DNA of 63,810 bases, filler included, from Olpidium bornovanus S191 (taxonomy: Eukaryota > Fungi > Olpidiomycota): assembly GCA_017911155.1 (NCBI GenBank). It is 32 parts of 32 records of this genome, joined end to end, with 100 filler letters (N's around TTAATTAATTAA, not from the genome) between each part and the next. Parts side by side here need not be neighbours in the genome. Positions count along the whole stretch, not along the records: positions 58,460 to 59,794 come from JAEFCI010007863.1; positions 59,895 to 62,557 come from JAEFCI010007983.1; positions 62,658 to 63,810 come from JAEFCI010004742.1; 29 more parts are not named here. One strand, given 5' to 3'. The notes below the pieces were generated by a model, which saw nothing but the letters and a program-made list of their open reading frames with translations, was not told where the DNA came from and made no database searches. Made by a program: the position numbers and the translations under genes. Every line of letters starts with the position of its first letter. Position 1 is the stretch's first letter. Shown one piece after another: positions 58,601-63,810 of the stretch.

Positions 58601-59187
58601 TGCGCAGCGCCATTCTTTATAATTCGGGGCACGGCGTATACTAAATATGCTAACGCCTGCACAGGGACACCTTGGGCGCCTTCCTACATTCCCTCCGCTC
58701 TCCCGCACAACTGCCATTCTTTGAGAAACATTTTGTCAACTGCTAATTTTTTAAAAAAAATGTCAATGAAACGATAAAAACCTTTGTGCCCCTTTGCCCA
58801 AACCATACAACTGCAGTATCTGCTCCCCGGCCGGCAGGTGCCGCTAGCCGTGCATGCATTTTTTTTATTCGCCGTGGCTTTTGCCGTCGTGGCAAACGAC
58901 TCCAGTAACTGCTCGCCGGGCCGCCAGGTGCCGCTAGTCGTTTAAGCATTTTTTCCCCGCTGGCAATGAATTTCGTCGCCCTCTACGCAGTGGGGTTCAA
59001 GCCGGTGGCTCGTCGGTTTTCGCTGGAGCGCCGCGTAGAGTTCCGAGTTTGGTCTCGTCGGCTTCCTGCCCCCCAACGGTGCTGGGCCTTCTTTCTTGGT
59101 TGCCCCGACCTTCACTTCGTCCTGACCTCCGGTGTCGCGCCGCCGTGGGGTCTGTCGTATTTTGTAAAAAAAAAGAACGTGCGAAAC

Positions 59188-59295
<108 letters not shown>

Positions 59296-60014
59296 ATACC
59301 TTTTTGTCTTTTCATAATGGGATGGGAAGGGACGGGGCGCCGGTATCGCTCGCCGCCGTCGAGTATGCGTTTGCCGTGCTGGCGGCGTGCCTGCTTTACG
59401 CATAGAGCTGCTGCCCCATTTTCTTTCCTCCTGGCGCAGGCGGCGGGCCTTGCCATAGGGGTAGTCGCCGCCTGCGCCAGGGTGGCCGGGGCTTTAGATC
59501 AGGCGCCAACATGAACGCACCTCTCCTAACTCCCTTCTCCGCGCGCGAGGAGAGCCCGCCTTCCGAAAATCCTGCTGACGCGTTTTTTTTTTGGAGGCGA
59601 GGAGATGCCGTACAAACAACTTTCGCCTGTCTGTCTGTATTCGGGCTATCCACTTCACTTTCGGCCTTCTTTACATGGCGGGCCCGATCGTGTGACTCAC
59701 CGATTTCTCTTCCCAGGAGCATCACGCCGACACGAAAAAACTTTTATTCTACGGCAACGAGGAGAAAAAAAAGAGGGGCTGGAGCAAGTGGCGCNNNNNN
59801 NNNNNNNNNNNNNNNNNNNNNNNNNNNNNNNNNNNNNNTTAATTAATTAANNNNNNNNNNNNNNNNNNNNNNNNNNNNNNNNNNNNNNNNNNNNCATCTC
59901 GTGCACGGTTGGTTTCCGGCGGAATGTCAACCCCTTGACAATAGCCTGCATTCACAAAAAATAAATAAATGGAAATGCAACGTCCAGTTGACGTTACAAC
60001 GCAAGGACAGCGCT

Positions 60015-62557
60015 TCATAATGCTTTTCTCGCAGAAGCGTTCTCTGCCGACCGCGCGCCCGTTTGCGCCATCCGCAGGAGCAAGTCGAACTCGCCACTCC
60101 GCTGGCACATTGTGAAGAAGATTCCCGACTTGAGGTTGATGAGTTCCAGCGGAGAGCCGTACTGGGCGACGCGCCCCCGGTCCATGACGATCACCAGCGG
60201 GAAATCGCAGATGGTCTTCAGCCTGTGGGCGATGCAGAGGAGCGTGGCTCCCCGGAGCTCCGTGCGGATCGTCGTTTGGATGCGCGCGTCCGTGTCCGAG
60301 TCCACGCTCGCCGTCGCCTGTTTTACCGATGCGCGGCCGGGCAACACCCCGTTTTGGTTACCCCGCAAGGCGGTTTTTGGTCCTGCGCACAGGAAGCGCA
60401 CGTCCGGGCCCAAACACTGAACAGACCTCGTCCATGATGATGATCCGCGACGCGCGCAGGCACGACCGCGCGAGCGCCAGCAGCTGTCGTTGGCCTGCAG
60501 GGTCCGGGGCCGGTCAGGGCGAATGGCTCCGTCGGGGAAGCCGAAACCGCGGAGGCACGTATGCCTCCGCCGACGCGGGCGCTCACCTAAACTGAAGTTG
60601 GCTCCGCCTTCGCTGACGGGGCTGTCGAGCGTGTACCGCGCGCTCGCGGCTCCGCCGCGGTTCGGAACGCTGACGAAATGGACTCTTCGCAGCGCGGTCC
60701 AGCATTCCAGATCAGAATATTCGTAGAACGGATCCAGGTTGAAGCGGATCGTTCCCTGCGTCGACGGGGGAAGCCGGAGGGGTTCAGCTCTCCGATTAAG
60801 CCCGCGGGTTGCGAAAGTCCGGCCTCCCAAGCCGCCCTGCCTCCCGCCGATTTATTTACTGCGAAGAGGACCGGATCCTGCGGTATGACGTTCAGCCGGG
60901 ACCGCAGGCTTCTTAATCCGATCTTTCCGATGTCTAAGCCGTCGATGAGGATCCGCCCGGACGTCGGCTCCACCACGCGCAACAGAGACGTAGCCAGCGT
61001 GGACTTCCCCGCGCCCGTCCGGCCGACGATGGCGACGCGCGTCCGCGGGGGGATCACGATGCTGATCCCGTCGAGCGACGGCGGATCCTCCGGCGAGTAA
61101 CGCACGACGAGCTCCTGGAATTCTATTTTTCCTTCCTGAGGCCACTGGGTCGCCCGAATAATGCGATCAGCTGCACCCGGCGTCGTTTCACCCTGTGTCG
61201 CGGATGCCCCAAAGCACCTACGTTTCTGGGGGGTTCGTGAGTTTCTACGACCTCCGGGGGTTCGTTGGCGATCGACTGGTACTCTTGACACCGTTCTAGA
61301 GAGTTAAGGGACATTTCCAGCTGCGTGGCCCCCGTGCGGTCAGTGGTCGCCAATTGATGAACTCAGGGAGGCACTCAGAGCGTGGCTTACTTGAGCCTGC
61401 CAACGGACGACCCACTGCGCAACACGCGGACGGGACCAACGGGGCAGCCGTGACGAGGGGAAGAAATGAGTGGGTCCGCCGAACCTCAAATGCACCGGAT
61501 CTCTCCACCGGCGTTGTCGACAACGTACAACAAGGCAGTCCGCCAAATTCAATGTCATGACGAGGGTCAGGCCCGCGTAGCCCGCGTCCAGGTGATCCCG
61601 ATTCGTGACGACCGCGATGGCTGCGCAAACCGACACAAGGGCGCCGACGAAGTCTAGGCGGACCTGGAGCCACCGGCTTGATTGCCGAACGACCGTTCGA
61701 GGTGAGCCGCGCGCGGGGGAACGAACCAACCACCGATCGAATCCCCCGTCCCGGCGCGACATACTTTGCAGCCCACATCCAAAAGAAGGGCCTGTGCCAA
61801 TGGTTGATCCTGCCCCCCCGAATGAAGATTCCGAAACTCGCCGAATCAGCGCCGGTGGAAAGGGGGGGGGGGGGCCCGTCCGCGAAAGGCGTCTGGTGTT
61901 CACGTTTTCCCTCGAGGCAGGAAGCTCGAGCGGCCTACCCACCGGTGGTACATGTCGTGCATGAACCTTTCCTCGGCTCCGAACGCGCGGATGACCGGTT
62001 TGCCGGATATCGTGTCCTCGAACTTGCTGTATACGGGGCTTTTCGCGATCGCGTCCAGGCGTTTCAGCTCCCGCGAGGAATGAAGATAGCAATCTCCTAT
62101 CCAGAAAGTAATATACACTGGGACAGTCCCGTCGAATCGTTACCCCACGCGCGCCAACGCCGACGTTTTCGACGTCGCCGAACGCGGCCGGGCCGGCATC
62201 CTTACTGAGTGGAACGATGGCGATAATGAACAGCGGCGTCACGGTGCAGATGACGATGATCGTCGTCAGCAACATGAAGACGTGTCGGATAAAGTCTCCG
62301 GCGACACCGGTGAGTTCCTAAAGAAGCGGCGGGAGCGTTTGGTGAGTCAACGAGAAGCGTCCCGGGGCGATTCGCCTCCTGCCTACTTGATCCAGAGAGC
62401 TGATGTCCTTCGAGAATCTAGGAGCAGTCCGGTTAGCTTCCCCGTGGCCGGCAGTGATCAGAGCCGCAAGGCGTGGGTGACAGACCTGTTTACAATTCGA
62501 CCCAGGGGCGTCCTATCAAAGAACAGCAGAGGAGCCCTCAGTACGGCGTTCAGCATG
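60015..62557 (-). CDS. ABCC/MRP-type ABC transporter (Ybt1/Bpt1-like), TMD2 + NBD2; 5' partial, about 11 exons
   Basis: LRAPLLFFDRTPLGRIVNR|FSKDI...SSRELKRLDAIAKSPVYS.F..TI.G..VIRAF...RWLQVRL...LEMSLNSLERCQEY...WPQEG.IEF..LVVRY...VAIVGRTGAGKS (Walker A)...IIPQDPVLF|GTIRFNLDP...NFSLG|QRQLLALAR (signature)...IIMDEATASVD...IAHRL. Confidence 0.97.
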
Positions 62558-62997
62558 NNNNNNNNNNNNNNNNNNNNNNNNNNNNNNNNNNNNNNNNNNN
62601 NTTAATTAATTAANNNNNNNNNNNNNNNNNNNNNNNNNNNNNNNNNNNNNNNNNNNNCCATGGTGGGGCCCACTCGCCGACGACAAGACCTTGAGGTTCC
62701 GGAGGGGTTTGAACCGTGCCGAGCGCGCCGGTGAAGCCGCCAGTTTCGTTTTCGTCGACAAATAAAGGAAGGACAGCGAGGTCACCAGGCTTTCTAACAC
62801 GGGGTCGGCGGCGTAGGCTCGAAAAACCTGCTCACTCAACCGGCCGACAAATTTCCCAAGGCGGCGATTATACGGCCACAGCCGATGCCGCAGATTCGCC
62901 GCTCCTGCTTTTTTGCAACGCGCATTTCCAAGCTGACGGTCGAACACGATGTTCCGCTCTTCACCACGCTGGTATATTTTGTCGACGACTCGCAATT

Positions 62998-63629
62998 CTA
63001 AGCTCTCGGCGCTGCCAAGGTCCCTATCTGGAACTCGCCGTCTTCCCGTTTCACCGCGTTGGACTTCGACTTCGCGTACTGGATAACCTGCGTGGGTTGC
63101 GAACTGGAAGCGTCAGAACACATCTTGCACTTCCTCCGCGGATACCCCGCCGAGGCCAGCCGCCGCCGCGGCAGCCAAAAGCCAGGCCGCCGCGGCAGCA
63201 CACAATCTACCCACCATTGGCTTCTCAAAAAACATAAACCCGTTCAACGCCTTAAGCGACGCGGCCGCACTGGACACCTCCCGGAAGACGACGAACGCCT
63301 GGCCGCGCATCTTCTCCGTCTTGAGCGCGACGATGTCCATTATCCGGCCGTAGGCAGAGAAGAGCTCATACAGGCACCGCTTCAGCTCTGCTCAAGATGC
63401 AAGGAGCGGTGCAGGCGTGCGATCGTCAGCGACGGCAACCGCGGGGAGTAGGCAGGGGAGGAGGAGGAAGGGGGGAGTAGAGGGATTGTTTTTTCCTGTC
63501 TTCTCTGTCCCGCACGGAGAAGCGCGCGCGTTACGCACCCTCTTTCTGCAGTTTCTCCGGCAGGTTCCTGACGTATATCGTCTGGTTCGGGTCGTTTGTC
63601 TGCGCGGGGGCGGACGTCGACGCCGCCAT
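62998..63629 (-). CDS. U1A/U2B''-family snRNP RRM protein, 3 exons
   Basis: PNQTIYVRNLPEKLQKE|ELKRCLYELFSAYGRIMDIVALKTEKMRGQAFVVF (RNP1)...ALNGFMFFEKPM|VIQYAKSKS. Confidence 0.93.
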
Positions 63630-63747
63630 GGAGGGTGAAGCGGGCGGCGTGTTCTGCTTTTCCTGCGGAGAAGAAAAACGCAGTCGATATTCTCTCGTTT
63701 TTATCCGGTTTCTCTCGTTTTTGTCGTCGCCTGCCGGCAGCCGCGCT

Positions 63748-63793
<46 letters not shown>

Positions 63794-63810
63794 AAAAAAA
63801 AAAACCCCCC

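Overview
This is not a contiguous locus. It is 32 short contigs (about 1-5 kb) joined by an artificial 100-bp linker (44 N + TTAATTAATTAA + 44 N, 31 copies), so neighbourhood inference is valid only within a contig. The DNA is eukaryotic, intron-rich and GC-rich. Fungal-type housekeeping genes (Sla2/End4, myosin V, Nop14, Acc1, Met22, class II HDAC, OTC, MPP-beta/core 1, ABCC transporter, DCAF4-like, U1A/U2B'') occur with an axonemal outer-arm dynein intermediate chain (DNAI2), a TPPP/p25-alpha gene and an RFX factor. Together these point to a flagellated (zoosporic) early-diverging fungus; this is an inference and the species cannot be determined here. Degenerate Ty1/copia and Ty3/gypsy fragments are also present. 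No prokaryotic system, CRISPR array or RNA gene was found. The most unusual signals are: (1) at least five frame-supported GC-AG introns and several 5-27 nt micro-exons, including ones that split the HDAC catalytic motifs; (2) a head-to-head DNAI2/TPPP pair; (3) a MED30-like candidate; (4) a secreted cupredoxin that has lost three of four copper ligands; (5) a kinesin-5 exon remnant fused at a synonymous NEELK/NEELK junction; (6) two hairpins with perfect 27-bp arms; (7) a technical signature, with 17 of 62 internal contig ends being exactly CATG. All homology calls come from recognising motifs by eye, not from database searches.
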